The translations under genes and the position numbers were made by a program. Below are positions 35,118 through 45,400 of a stretch of DNA of 64,000 nt, one piece after another (position 1 is the stretch's first letter; each line of letters begins with the position of its first letter). A model generated the notes under the pieces. That model was not told the origin of the DNA and made no database searches. It was given only the letters and a program-made list of their open reading frames with translations. Origin of the DNA: Candidatus Cloacimonadota bacterium (lineage in GTDB: Bacteria; Cloacimonadota; Cloacimonadia; Cloacimonadales; Cloacimonadaceae). The stretch covers positions 335 to 64,334 of the forward strand of contig JAQVIX010000006.1 of assembly GCA_028695495.1 (NCBI GenBank), given 5' to 3'.

Positions 35118-37598
35118 TTAGATAAAGAGGTTCAGGTTGCTCTGTTCGGCTTCTTCCAGATAAGTGGCTACACCGCCGATGGTAACGCCATCGATTAGCT
35201 CGCTGGCATCCACGCCCATGATATCCATGCTCATCTGGCAGGCAATCATCTGTACTCCGGCGCGTTTGGCTTGCATTATCATCATTTCCAGGGAATCTAC
35301 ATTCTTATCTTTCATGCGCTTACGCATCAGCGCAGAACCCATGCCGGCAAAATTGATTTTGGAGAGACCCAGCCCTTGCGAGCTTTTGGGTAGCATCATG
35401 CCAAACATCTTGCCCATGGTATCTTTATTAGCTGCGCTGCCGCCGGCCTTTTTGATCACGTTCAGTCCCCAGAAGGTAAAGAACATGGTTACTTTCTTGC
35501 CGGTAGAGGCGGCACCATTGGCGATTACAAAGGAGGCAAGCGCACGATCCAGATCGTCGCTAAATACGATTAGGGTCTTGTTTTTACCCCCGCCGGAAAC
35601 TGCGGGAGCCACAGCGACGCCGCCGCCTTTTTGCACGGTGGCAATTATCTTCTTGCCTTCGGTGCTTACGCTAAGAAGCCGATTCCCGGTCATATTGCAC
35701 CAGGAAGGGGCATCTTTGGCAAAGCCGGGATCGCTGGCGGTAATCTTCAAAATATCGCCGTCATTTAGCTTATCCATCTCCAGCTTCATGCGCATAATGG
35801 GACCGGGGCATTGCAAGCCGCTGGCGTTTACTTCCACCACTTTCGCTTCGGCTGCCACGGGAGCCATGGGAGCACCGGGCGCTTCGCCCTGATAGATGTG
35901 GTCGTCTTTACCGATGTATTCGCCGCTAAAGATATCCTCGTTGCTCTGCTTTTGGGTAGCAGTTTCGTAAGTAACGTATCCGCCGCTTAAGTTCTTCACA
36001 TTATCAAAGCCATTTTGCACCAGGATGCGATAGGCAAAATACGAGCGTAAACCGGTGCCGCAATTTACGATAATCTCCTTATTTTTGGGGATTTCGCTCA
36101 TGCGGGAGCGCAGGGAATCCACGGGGATATTGATGCTGCCTTCGATATTGCCCAGGGCATATTCTTCTTCGGTGCGCACGTCCAAAATCACGGTATCTTT
36201 GAGGTTTACATTGCGAATCTCATCCCAATGCACTATTTTTACCCATTCTTTTAAGATATTTTCTGCTACCAAACCCGCCACATTTACCGGGTCTTTGGCG
36301 CTGGAGAAGGGCGGTGCGTAGGCGTGTTCGATCTCTTGCATTTCATAGATAGTTTCGCCATGCTTCAAAATGTGTGCCAGCATGTCTATGCGTTTATCCA
36401 CGCCATCAAAGCCCACAATTTGCGCGCCAAAGAGTTTGCCATCTTTGGGGCTGAAAACGATCTTGAGGGTGAGCGGCAGGGCGTCTGGATAGTAGCCAGC
36501 GTGGGAGGAAGCATGGATGATGCTGGATACATAAGGGATGCCCGCTTTGCGGAGTACCTTTTCGGATACACCAGTGGCGCCCACGGTGAGATCAAATACC
36601 TTGGCGATGGCAGTGGCAATGCTGCCTTTATATACGCGGTTGTTGTTATTTACAATGTTGCAAGCCACCATGCGCCCCTGTTTATTTGCAGGGCCCGCCA
36701 GATAGGTGTGGCTTTCTTCGCCGGTAATGGGATTTGGGAATACGATGGCATCGCCCAAAGCGTAAATATCCGGATCGCTGGTTTGCAAATGCTTATTTAC
36801 CCGAATACCTTTATTGATACCCAGTTCCAAGCCGGCATCTTCGGCAAGCTTGCTATCCGGGCGCACGCCGATGGAAAGAATTACCATGTCTGTAGGCAGT
36901 GAACGTCCGCTTTTTAGCCGCACAAAGAGTCCGCCCTTTTCGCGCACAAAAGAGCTTACGCCATCTTTAAGGTAAAACTCTACGTTCTTGGTTTTTAAGT
37001 GTTGGTGCACGGCGGCTGCCATTTCATAATCCAAGGGAGTCATCACCTGCTCCGCCATCTCCACGATGGTAACGCGGATGCCTTTGTGGTGCAGGTTTTC
37101 CGCCATTTCCAGCCCGATAAACCCGGCTCCCACGATTACAGCATGGCGCACATCGTGAGTATGCACAAAATCTACAATTTTATCTGTATCCGGCACATTG
37201 CGCAGGGTGAAAATCTGTTCGTCTTGAATGCCGGGGATGGGCGGACGCAAGGGTTCGGCGCCGGGAGAAAGCACCAGTTTATCATAAGTTTCCTGATATT
37301 CAGAGCCATCACGGCGACGCACGGTAACGCTCTTATTTTCGCGATCGATAGCCACTACTTCCTGACGAATGCGCACATCCACATTTAGTCGCGCTTTAAA
37401 GCTTTCGGGAGTTTGCACAAAAAGCATTTCCCGCTCGGTGATCACTTCACCTATGTAATATGGCAAACCGCAATTTGCATAAGAAATGTAATCACCACGT
37501 TCAAACATGATGATATCGGCATGTTCATCCAGGCGCCTCAGGCGCGCAGCAGTAGTAGCACCACCCGCCACTCCGCCTACAATGAGGTATTTAGCCAT
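35118..37598 (-). CDS. CoA-disulfide/persulfide reductase-like flavoprotein fused to rhodanese, TusA-like and DsrE/DsrF-like domains
   Basis: 826 aa. GGVAGGATTAARL FAD motif, redox Cys in SYANCGLPYY, rhodanese loop VNCGTGLRS, TusA motif LQCPGPIMRMK. C-terminal DsrE-like domain (LIVFSDDLDRALASFVIANGAA...IACQMSMD). Confidence 0.85.
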   Translation of the reverse strand: MAKYLIVGGVAGGATTAARLRRLDEHADIIMFERGDYISYANCGLPYYIGEVITEREMLFVQTPESFKARLNVDVRIRQEVVAIDRENKSVTVRRRDGSEYQETYDKLVLSPGAEPLRPPIPGIQDEQIFTLRNVPDTDKIVDFVHTHDVRHAVIVGAGFIGLEMAENLHHKGIRVTIVEMAEQVMTPLDYEMAAAVHQHLKTKNVEFYLKDGVSSFVREKGGLFVRLKSGRSLPTDMVILSIGVRPDSKLAEDAGLELGINKGIRVNKHLQTSDPDIYALGDAIVFPNPITGEESHTYLAGPANKQGRMVACNIVNNNNRVYKGSIATAIAKVFDLTVGATGVSEKVLRKAGIPYVSSIIHASSHAGYYPDALPLTLKIVFSPKDGKLFGAQIVGFDGVDKRIDMLAHILKHGETIYEMQEIEHAYAPPFSSAKDPVNVAGLVAENILKEWVKIVHWDEIRNVNLKDTVILDVRTEEEYALGNIEGSINIPVDSLRSRMSEIPKNKEIIVNCGTGLRSYFAYRILVQNGFDNVKNLSGGYVTYETATQKQSNEDIFSGEYIGKDDHIYQGEAPGAPMAPVAAEAKVVEVNASGLQCPGPIMRMKLEMDKLNDGDILKITASDPGFAKDAPSWCNMTGNRLLSVSTEGKKIIATVQKGGGVAVAPAVSGGGKNKTLIVFSDDLDRALASFVIANGAASTGKKVTMFFTFWGLNVIKKAGGSAANKDTMGKMFGMMLPKSSQGLGLSKINFAGMGSALMRKRMKDKNVDSLEMMIMQAKRAGVQMIACQMSMDIMGVDASELIDGVTIGGVATYLEEAEQSNLNLFI

Positions 37599-37723
37599 GA
37601 TATTTTTTCTCCTTTTGTTAGTTCATATATTCTTTACCTTAAAGTATAATTGGTTGAGGATATTTGGCAAGGGCAATTATTTTCTATTAGGTGTTAGGGG
37701 TTAGGAGCGAGCAAGCTCGCAAA

Positions 37724-37757
37724 TGAATGATGAATGATGAATGATGAATAATGAAGG
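37724..37757 (+). repeat. Heptanucleotide microsatellite (TGAATGA)n
   Basis: TGAATGA x3 perfect plus TGAATAA and TGAAGG. Flanked by inverted GAGCGAGCAAGCTCGC / GCTCGCAAGCTCGC. A short related tract lies at ~38156-38176. Confidence 0.8.
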
Positions 37758-37762
37758 TATTG

Positions 37763-37947
37763 CTCGCAAGCTCGCAATGGTTTATTAGATGCTGACGCAT
37801 GGTGTGTGAAAGAAGATGGCAGGTGGCAGATTGCAGGCGCTGACGCTGGGGGTGTAATTGGGGAAAACCTTTTGAACTCCGAAGCGCTAAATAAAGGCGT
37901 TGAAAGAACTGATAGGCGGATAAGCGCTTTGAAGTCCAAAAAGCTGG
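37763..37947 (+). repeat. Repeat family D copy 1
   Basis: GCTCGCAAGCTCGC...CTGACGCAT...CTTTTGAACTCC...AGGCGGATAAGCGC...GAAGTCCAAAAAGCTGG aligns with 38178-38315, with a ~45-nt insertion. Confidence 0.7.
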
Positions 37948-38072
37948 TGGCGGAGTTATCAACTAAGGTGACCGAAGCTTTATAAATATTTCAGAAGCGG
38001 CAAGATGCCGATTTTACTTTCAAGCGACAAGATGCCGCTTCCACTTAACTGCCTTGGGTGTCTCCCGTTTCT

Positions 38073-38137
38073 CTCCCTCGTGATGCCCTCGCCTCAACCC
38101 AGAATTTACCGGTAGAGACGATGGCATTGTAAGGGCA
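38073..38137 (+). repeat. Palindromic repeat family B copy 3 (degenerate)
   Basis: CTCCCTCGTGATGCCCTCGCCTCAACCC...GGTAGAGACGATGGCATTGTAAGGGCA. Confidence 0.75.
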
Positions 38138-38177
38138 ACAGACGGGTAAAAGCCGATAATGAATAATGAATGATGCC

Positions 38178-38315
38178 GGCTGCGCAAGCGCAGCTTAATC
38201 TAAAAACTGACGCATTATCGCATAATCTGGGAAAGTCTTTTGAACTCCTGCCCGCTTGCATAAGGCGGTGACAGCAATGAAAGGCGGATAAACGGGATGA
38301 AGTCCAAAAGACTGG
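38178..38315 (+). repeat. Repeat family D copy 2
   Basis: GGCTGCGCAAGCGCAGC...CTGACGCAT...CTTTTGAACTCC...AGGCGGATAAACGG...GAAGTCCAAAAGACTGG. Confidence 0.7.
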
Positions 38316-38317
38316 CA

Positions 38318-38365
38318 TAATTCGTGTTAATTTGCGTTAATTTGTGGACAAAAAAACTAAGGGCA
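38318..38365 (+). repeat. Phased ATTCGTG array (family F) copy
   Basis: AATTCGTGTT/AATTTGCGTT/AATTTGTGGA in exact 10-bp phase, then CAAAAAAACTAAGGGC. Homolog of 469-517. Confidence 0.8.
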
Positions 38366-38485
38366 ATGCGGTTCGTGAAGTCCATGCCGGCTGATAGTTT
38401 CTGTATCGGCATAGATTTCTTGCCGCTATGAACTCCGCGCCTGGTGGAGGGGCTGGGATTTTATCTACCATGAATGAACAGGCGC

Positions 38486-38528
38486 CCAAAAAGGATGAAG
38501 GGTTTAGAACATGGTGCTAAACCCTTCA
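38486..38528 (-). terminator. Rho-independent terminator of the 1309-aa surface-protein gene
   Basis: Minus strand ATGAAGGGTTTAG-caccatgtt-CTAAACCCTTCAT followed by CCTTTTTGGG, about 17 nt after the stop. Confidence 0.8.
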
Positions 38529-38544
38529 TAATCTATATTCTACA

Positions 38545-41500
38545 TCATTCAGTGCCTCTTGCTTTCACTACAAAGAAGAGGCGATCTATATAAGGGGTTA
38601 CTTCGGGGAAATAGAAGGAAGTTTCGGTAGTAATATCCACGAGGTTGCCGATATCCGGCGTTTCATCGGGGGTGGTAAGCACATAGATTTCGTATCCGGC
38701 TACTACTAAGGGGCTGCCCGTAGTATCGGTGGTTACTTCGTCCCAGGAGATGAGCAGGTCTTCGCCAAAGATTTCCAGGCGCAGATTTTGGGGCGCAGCC
38801 GGTATTCCGCCGCTTTTGGAGAGCGGATTGGAGATAGCGGCGCTGGAGCTTACACTATTTGTATAGCGTGCTTTTACTGCCCAATAGTAGTCTCCTTGAG
38901 GCAGGTTTTCCCACTCGGCATCGAGGTAGCTATTTGCCGCTATGGGTTCGGAATTGATCTGCTGCCAGGCGGCGGGATTGTGCAGATTTGCCGCCGTAAA
39001 ACGAAATACATCATAGGCTTCCAGGCTGCGCGGGCTACGGGCAAAAGAGGATAGCACCTGGAAATTATCGATAAACCAATCGTACCAAAGCCCGTCATCT
39101 TCCGAGCCGGCAAGGGCATGGAAAGCGATGCGGATATAGCGACCGGAATATTCGGAAATATCCAGACTGATGGGCGTTTGATAATCGTTCCAGCCGGTGG
39201 GTAGAGTAGCGGCATTCCAGAGGGTAATCCAGTTTTGCCCGGCATCGGTACTTAGCTTTAGCATATAGCTATCGCCATTTTCCGAGCCGTAATACACGCG
39301 GGTATCGAAACTGAGGATGGCATCGGAGGGGCAGGTAAAATCTTCGGTAATCAGCCATTCATTTTGGTAGTTGTAATCCCACCACAAACCCGCCTGAAAG
39401 GAGTCATCGCTGGGGCTTACCAAAGTGGAACCACTGGAAATCTCGCCCACGCGCTCCCAATGGGGATAGGCGCCATTGGAAAGTATGCCGCCGCTATTTG
39501 TGATAATGCGGCTCCAATTTGCCGGCGGAAACTGTGCATTTTCAAAGCTTTCCTGGATGCCGATGGCGTTGGGATTGGGAGTATGCCAGCTTAAAGCCAC
39601 GCCGCGGGGGTCTGCCGAAATAGCGGCTTGCAAATTGTACGGCGCAAAGGCAAGCTCATCCATCTGCAAACTGCCAAAAGAATAATTCTGATCCTGCAAT
39701 TCCAGGATGCCGGTGATATTGCTATAGCCCGGATGGCTGAATTTGTATTGATAGCTATGCTGTGCAAAAACCTGCGGGAATACGAATCTGCCATCGGCGG
39801 CGCTTTGGACATGGTAATCCTCATAACCCTGTAAGCTGATATTTACGCCGGCAATGGGGGCTAAAGTATCGCTGGCAATTATCATGCCAGATACCATAAC
39901 CTGAGGCAGGCTTTGCAGGGTGATCTCCAGAGAAAGCTCATCATCTTCTTGAAGCTGTAGCACTTGCTCCCAATCGAAATAGCCATGTTTGTGAAATGAT
40001 AGATGATATTCATTGGGGAGAAGGTTCATAAAGGCAAAGCTGCCATCTGCCGCCGTCATTTGCGGATTGGTATTGTGATTCAGATGCACCGCCACGCCGC
40101 TTAAGGGCAGCCCCTCAGCATTTTTTACCACGCCAGTGATATGCCCAACGCCGCCGGGAATTACCACAAAGGTAGTTTTGGGATATACACCCGTGGCGCT
40201 GCCGCCGGAAGGGGAATAGGGATCGTAATCTGTGGTATCGCTCATCATATTGCGGGCGCGATTGCTGGCATCGCTACTGGTTAAAAACAGATCCGACGAG
40301 CTAAAATAAGAGCCATCCAGAGGACGCTGCACCATCATTACCAGGTTGCCGCCTTCCAAAAAGAGGAAAGGCTCTGGAAATGTAATATTGATGGTATTAC
40401 TGCCGGAAGGAAAATCCGCCACGCCATTGTAAACCAGGGTCATCTCCGAGGCGGGTATCCAGCCAGAGCTGAGGTCATTTTGCGTAGTTCTGCCCAGCCA
40501 GATTTTTACGGGTTTTGCCATAAGGTTTGAGCTGAACTGGTTATAGAACTTGATGCCGGTAATCATTCCAATGAAGTTATTTAGCTCATTTGCCGTAAAG
40601 ATAGTTTCATAGAGCGAGCTCTTGTAATAGAAATCCATGGGTATGCGCCCCGTTTGATTGCCATAGCCGATAGTGATATCATTTATTCCATTACCCGTAA
40701 GCTGGATGCTGTGGGTTCTGCGCTCGCCCTGATCGTCTGTAATGGTAATAAGGGCGCTATCGGTTCCCAGCAGCAGCGGGGTATAAATCACATTAAAACT
40801 GAGTGCGGCAAAGCTATTTAAAGATACGGGAAGCTGTGGCAGATCGCTAAGCCGGAAGGCGGAAGAGCCGGAAATAGTGATGCTCTGGATGCCCAAGCCG
40901 TCACCGCCGATATTCATGATATTGAAGTTCTGGCTACTACTACCACCGATATTTACATCACCAAAACTGTGGGAACTAGGAGTTATATAAAACTCGGGGG
41001 CGCCCGTGGTGCTGCCGGATACGGCAAAGCGGAGATTGGGGCGGTTTGTTTGTGCACTACCGCCGGTGAGATTGGCGCCGTTATTGCTATCCGCATTGTG
41101 CGCCCAGGTTTTGCCCGGCGCACTGGTGGCATACACGCTGCTATTTCCGCTCCAGCTACTATTATCGAAGGATACATCTACCAAAAGGTTGCCGCCTCCG
41201 GTATATAGAAAAGGCTCGCTAAATTGGAAAGTATTCCAGCCGGTGCCGGAAAGAGGAGCGCTGGATGTATGACAGCTCTGGAAGCTATTGGCATCGGTAT
41301 CAAAGCCGCTTAAGGTAGTAGCATTGGTGTGTTTAAGGCGAACTAAGAAGTTATTTACCGCAATGGCATTTGCAGATTGTACATCGAAGGCAATGCTGCT
41401 GATCTCCATGCCCGGAAACATCCCATGCGCTGCTAATTCATCTGTGGTAAAAAGCATCTGGGTGCGCGCATCTTCATAAAGCGTGTAAAAGGGAAAGCTC

Positions 41501-42474
41501 GAAGTAGTGGTGCCGGTACCGATGGTAATATGTTGGGTTCCTTCCGCCAATACGGTAATATCCAGGCTGGGGCTATCGTTATTGGCGAGGTTTTCATCGG
41601 CAGCAAATATCACTCTGCCAAAAAGCAGCATACTGCCGGTAGCTGTAGGAATCCAGCTAAAGCTAAAGTTCCGCTCTTCCATGGATGCCAAAGCGCTGCC
41701 CGGCAGGCTGGCAAGCTCCTGATTTGGGCTTGCCATCAGCTTCAGGCTATAGTTTGATACGCTATTGGGAGAGAGGTTTTTTACCCTAAGTACGTAGTTT
41801 GCATTAGCGCCCACAGAAGGGGTGATATTTCCCTCTAAACTAAGTGCTGCCAAATCCTGAACATTGGGTAAAGCCATAGTGAAGCGCATATTGGAGCGAT
41901 TGCGGGCAGCGGTACCGCTGGTGGCATTGGTGCCGGAAGTACTATCGCTTTGGTAGCGCAGCGAGCTATTGAAAGTGGTGCTGCTATAATACACGCTGGG
42001 GTTGCGGGCATAACTTCCTACACACAGATCCGTCATGATATCCACCAAGAGGTTGGAAGTGCCATTCCAATGGAACGGTGCGCTAAAGGTATGGGTATTC
42101 CAGCCCACTACGGGAATGAAGCTATCTGCCTGAAATACCTGAGTGTAGGTGCCCGTTTCAAAGGAACTGCTAAGCGAAGTTTGGTTCGTGGTTTTCAGGC
42201 GAATGCGGTAGTTATTCATGGGGGTAGTATTATTTAAGGCACTCACCTGAAAGGCAATGGAATAGATATTACCGGCATTGCCGCCGGCATTGTTCAATTC
42301 GCTGGCAAGCACCAGGTATTGCTGCCGAAATGCCTTGTACCAGGTACCATAAGGTACAGGTGCGCCGGTATCGGTATTGGTAGTGGTGCCGGTACCTATC
42401 ACCACTTGCGTTTGCGCCAATAGGGCAAGGCAAAGGCTAAGTGCCAGTACTATGAAAATAAGCTTTTTATACAT
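38545..42474 (-). CDS. Giant secreted surface protein: three N-terminal ~280-aa repeats, carboxypeptidase-regulatory-like and choice-of-anchor-J/MAM-like regions, C-terminal FN3-like domain
   Basis: 1309 aa. Signal peptide MYKKLIFIVLALSLCLALLAQ. Repeat starts VVIGTGTTTNTD / ITIGTGTTTSSF / ITIGYGNQTGRI. ESFENAQFPPANW segment. The C-terminal ~85 aa are homologous to the C-terminus of the neighbouring gene. Confidence 0.75.
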   Translation of the reverse strand: MYKKLIFIVLALSLCLALLAQTQVVIGTGTTTNTDTGAPVPYGTWYKAFRQQYLVLASELNNAGGNAGNIYSIAFQVSALNNTTPMNNYRIRLKTTNQTSLSSSFETGTYTQVFQADSFIPVVGWNTHTFSAPFHWNGTSNLLVDIMTDLCVGSYARNPSVYYSSTTFNSSLRYQSDSTSGTNATSGTAARNRSNMRFTMALPNVQDLAALSLEGNITPSVGANANYVLRVKNLSPNSVSNYSLKLMASPNQELASLPGSALASMEERNFSFSWIPTATGSMLLFGRVIFAADENLANNDSPSLDITVLAEGTQHITIGTGTTTSSFPFYTLYEDARTQMLFTTDELAAHGMFPGMEISSIAFDVQSANAIAVNNFLVRLKHTNATTLSGFDTDANSFQSCHTSSAPLSGTGWNTFQFSEPFLYTGGGNLLVDVSFDNSSWSGNSSVYATSAPGKTWAHNADSNNGANLTGGSAQTNRPNLRFAVSGSTTGAPEFYITPSSHSFGDVNIGGSSSQNFNIMNIGGDGLGIQSITISGSSAFRLSDLPQLPVSLNSFAALSFNVIYTPLLLGTDSALITITDDQGERRTHSIQLTGNGINDITIGYGNQTGRIPMDFYYKSSLYETIFTANELNNFIGMITGIKFYNQFSSNLMAKPVKIWLGRTTQNDLSSGWIPASEMTLVYNGVADFPSGSNTINITFPEPFLFLEGGNLVMMVQRPLDGSYFSSSDLFLTSSDASNRARNMMSDTTDYDPYSPSGGSATGVYPKTTFVVIPGGVGHITGVVKNAEGLPLSGVAVHLNHNTNPQMTAADGSFAFMNLLPNEYHLSFHKHGYFDWEQVLQLQEDDELSLEITLQSLPQVMVSGMIIASDTLAPIAGVNISLQGYEDYHVQSAADGRFVFPQVFAQHSYQYKFSHPGYSNITGILELQDQNYSFGSLQMDELAFAPYNLQAAISADPRGVALSWHTPNPNAIGIQESFENAQFPPANWSRIITNSGGILSNGAYPHWERVGEISSGSTLVSPSDDSFQAGLWWDYNYQNEWLITEDFTCPSDAILSFDTRVYYGSENGDSYMLKLSTDAGQNWITLWNAATLPTGWNDYQTPISLDISEYSGRYIRIAFHALAGSEDDGLWYDWFIDNFQVLSSFARSPRSLEAYDVFRFTAANLHNPAAWQQINSEPIAANSYLDAEWENLPQGDYYWAVKARYTNSVSSSAAISNPLSKSGGIPAAPQNLRLEIFGEDLLISWDEVTTDTTGSPLVVAGYEIYVLTTPDETPDIGNLVDITTETSFYFPEVTPYIDRLFFVVKARGTE

Positions 42475-42492
42475 GTTTTCTCCCTCAATCCT

Positions 42493-45400
42493 TTAAGGAT
42501 TTACGGTTACTTTGAAGAATCTGCGGTTTTGATTTGCGGTGGGAATGCTGAAGCTATTGGTAGCGGTAGAGCCAATGAAGCTTTCAGCATTAAGCTCAAA
42601 ATAAGGCGTATCCGAGGCATAAACCTTATATCCGCTTATGCTGATGGGATTGCCCAAGAGGTCGCTATTTACAGCATCCCAGCTTAGGATCAGGTTTTGC
42701 GCTTGCATTTGAAGGCTGATATTCTGCGGGGCGATGGTAAATATACCCAAAGAGAAAGTGAGGGCATCGCTTAGTTCACTGGCATTGCCGGAAAGATCAA
42801 GCGCCCGTATCGCCAGGGTGTAGATGGCTTCGGGCAAGCCGGAGATGCTAAGGGCAGAGGTTTCCATATTGCCCAAAGCGGGGTATTCTGCCACGGAATA
42901 CATGGGCGAACTAAGGCTTACGCTGTTGCCTTCTGCCAGATACACTTCATAGTGGCTAAAATGGAGGTCAAAGGAAGGTTCCCAGCTTATCTGGATATTG
43001 CCATTTGCCGCTGAGACTAATAGTACATTATTCACCTGAGTGGGCGCCGTGGTATCCGGCACCAAGCCGCTGAGGCTGAGATCATCGATAATCCAATGAT
43101 TTGCAAATCCAGATGTATTCGCCGGGGCGGAATATGTCCAGCGCAAACGCACGGAGCTTTTATTATCCAGCGCCGGTAGCGAGTATTCTCGATAACCCCG
43201 GTAAGCGCTACTAAAAGCATCGATATTTACCCAGGTGATATTATTGAAGGAATACTGCAAGAGCGAGCTTGCCGTTCCCAAGGGCTGATAATCCATCCAA
43301 AAACGCAATTTGGTATTTTGGAAAGTGCTGAGATTGAAGCTGGCGGTGCTGAGGCGTTCATTGGCAGTATTACCGGGGGAGGCAGAGCATTGCATAAAGT
43401 GGTTATCCCAATCGTTTTGGGCAATCTGCCAGCCGCTGGTGGTATTGCCCAGGTGCCCAATCTGCCAACCGGTAGGCAAGCTGCCAGATTCAAAATCCTG
43501 CACAAGGCAATAGGCATTTTCCACCGAGAGCTGTAAATATTGCTCGATGTGCCGCCCCATGGGGTCGCTGGCTTTGATGCCCAGCTGGGTATCGCCATAA
43601 TACTCTGCCGCGGGAATGATGCGCAGCGTTTTACCATGTACTTCAGCTACAATCTCCGGATGTTCTATTAGAGAATAGCTGAGGTAAGCGGTGCTGTGGA
43701 AATAGCTATCCAAATCCTCGATCAGATAGGTTTCACCCTGACGCAAAGCGACATCCCCAAAGGGGGCGAGGGTGGCGGGAGCATCGTACATGGAGGGGTT
43801 ATTTGTAATATAGAGCGCTTTGCCACTGCTCAAAGGCGCCGCAGCGGTGGGGTATATATTATTGAACGTATATTCCAGCCCGCGGGTGCCGCTATGGTCT
43901 TCAATACCAATGGTGCTGTAATTTCCATGACGATTGCCGCTTTGGGCATCTACGTTATTGAAAGTATGATATTGGAACTTGATGGGACCATCGCCCAGGC
44001 TGCTGTAATAGTAATTTTGGTCATACAAAATCACCTGAAAGGTTTCGGGTGAGCTGCCGTTGTAACCATTACGCATATTGTACCATTCCACGATGAAGCG
44101 GCGATTGGGGCGATCGAACCAATAGGATATGCTGCTGCCGGAATGGGTAGCGAGGTCGTCCCAGAAGGGGGCAATCATCGGGCTGGGACCCATGGCACCG
44201 GGCAGGCGGAAATTGCGGAATTCGGCATTCCCCGTTTCGCCCAAAGCGATGAAGCCATTGGAACAAACGGTTATCACATCGTACAGCCTGCCATAGAACT
44301 GGAAGGCAAAGGGTAAGTTTACCACCGCGAGGGACTGGGCGCCTACCTGGTCTCCTTCAGTGCTGGTATAGGGGTCGTTGATTGCCAGCGCAGTGCCCAT
44401 CCCGCCAGCATTGGGAGCTATTTCTACCCATTCATATACCGGCGCTTCGCTATAGGCAGTATCCGTCCAGTCGTAAATCACATAACCGTAGCTATCGGGA
44501 CCCAGCGGGTGCTGCTGGGAAACGGTGCCAATCTCCAAATTGAAGGGCACAATCTGCTCAAAGCCGCCCGCAGTATAGAGCCTGAGGCGCAGGGGCATGA
44601 GCATGCCGGGCAGGGTAGGTGTGCGACAAAAGACCTGGAAATTGTCGTTATTACAATTCACGGTGGAGTTTATGCCAAAATTGCCAAAAAAGGCGCTATC
44701 ATCCACTACTTCCAGCAGATCGTTATCCGATATAAGCTCGCCGAAAAGGTTTTGCTGAGTGGCGGCGCCGATATTTTTGATGCTGATACTAAGGCGGGCA
44801 GTTTCGCCGGGGTCTAAAACCGCATTGGCATTGTCGATCACCGCGTAGGAAATATACTGTGCCAAGGCAGATTCCACGGGTAAAAACTCGGACACATCGT
44901 AAATGCCTCCCATGGAATTATCCAGAAGCAGGTGCAGGCGTAGCATGGTATTATGCGGGGTATCTGGCGCTACAGAAATTACCAGAGGGCTATTTGGAGT
45001 AGCACTGCCACCGGCAGGGATGGAAGGATAGCTTACATGCCCTTGCAGGATTTGCACCCAGGGGCTTTCGGTATAAAGAACGCCACCCACGCGATTAAGC
45101 GGGCTGGAACCGGTATTGCGCAAGCCAAAATAGAGATTCACCGTTTCGCCGCCATTTACAATGCCGTTGTTATTGCCCTCTATAGAATCATCTACCACCA
45201 TGGAAGCGGGCACCAGGGTGGCGGTATTTTGGATCTGAATATTGTGTTGCAAAGGCTTGAAATCGTGGGAGTGTATAGTAAGAATTGCGGCACCAGCGCT
45301 CATGGAAGCAGGCAGTACCAGGATTACATTACCTTCCGCATCCGTATAGCCACGGGATAAGATATTGGCGCCTTGCGAAAGCACCACCGAAGCGCCTTCC

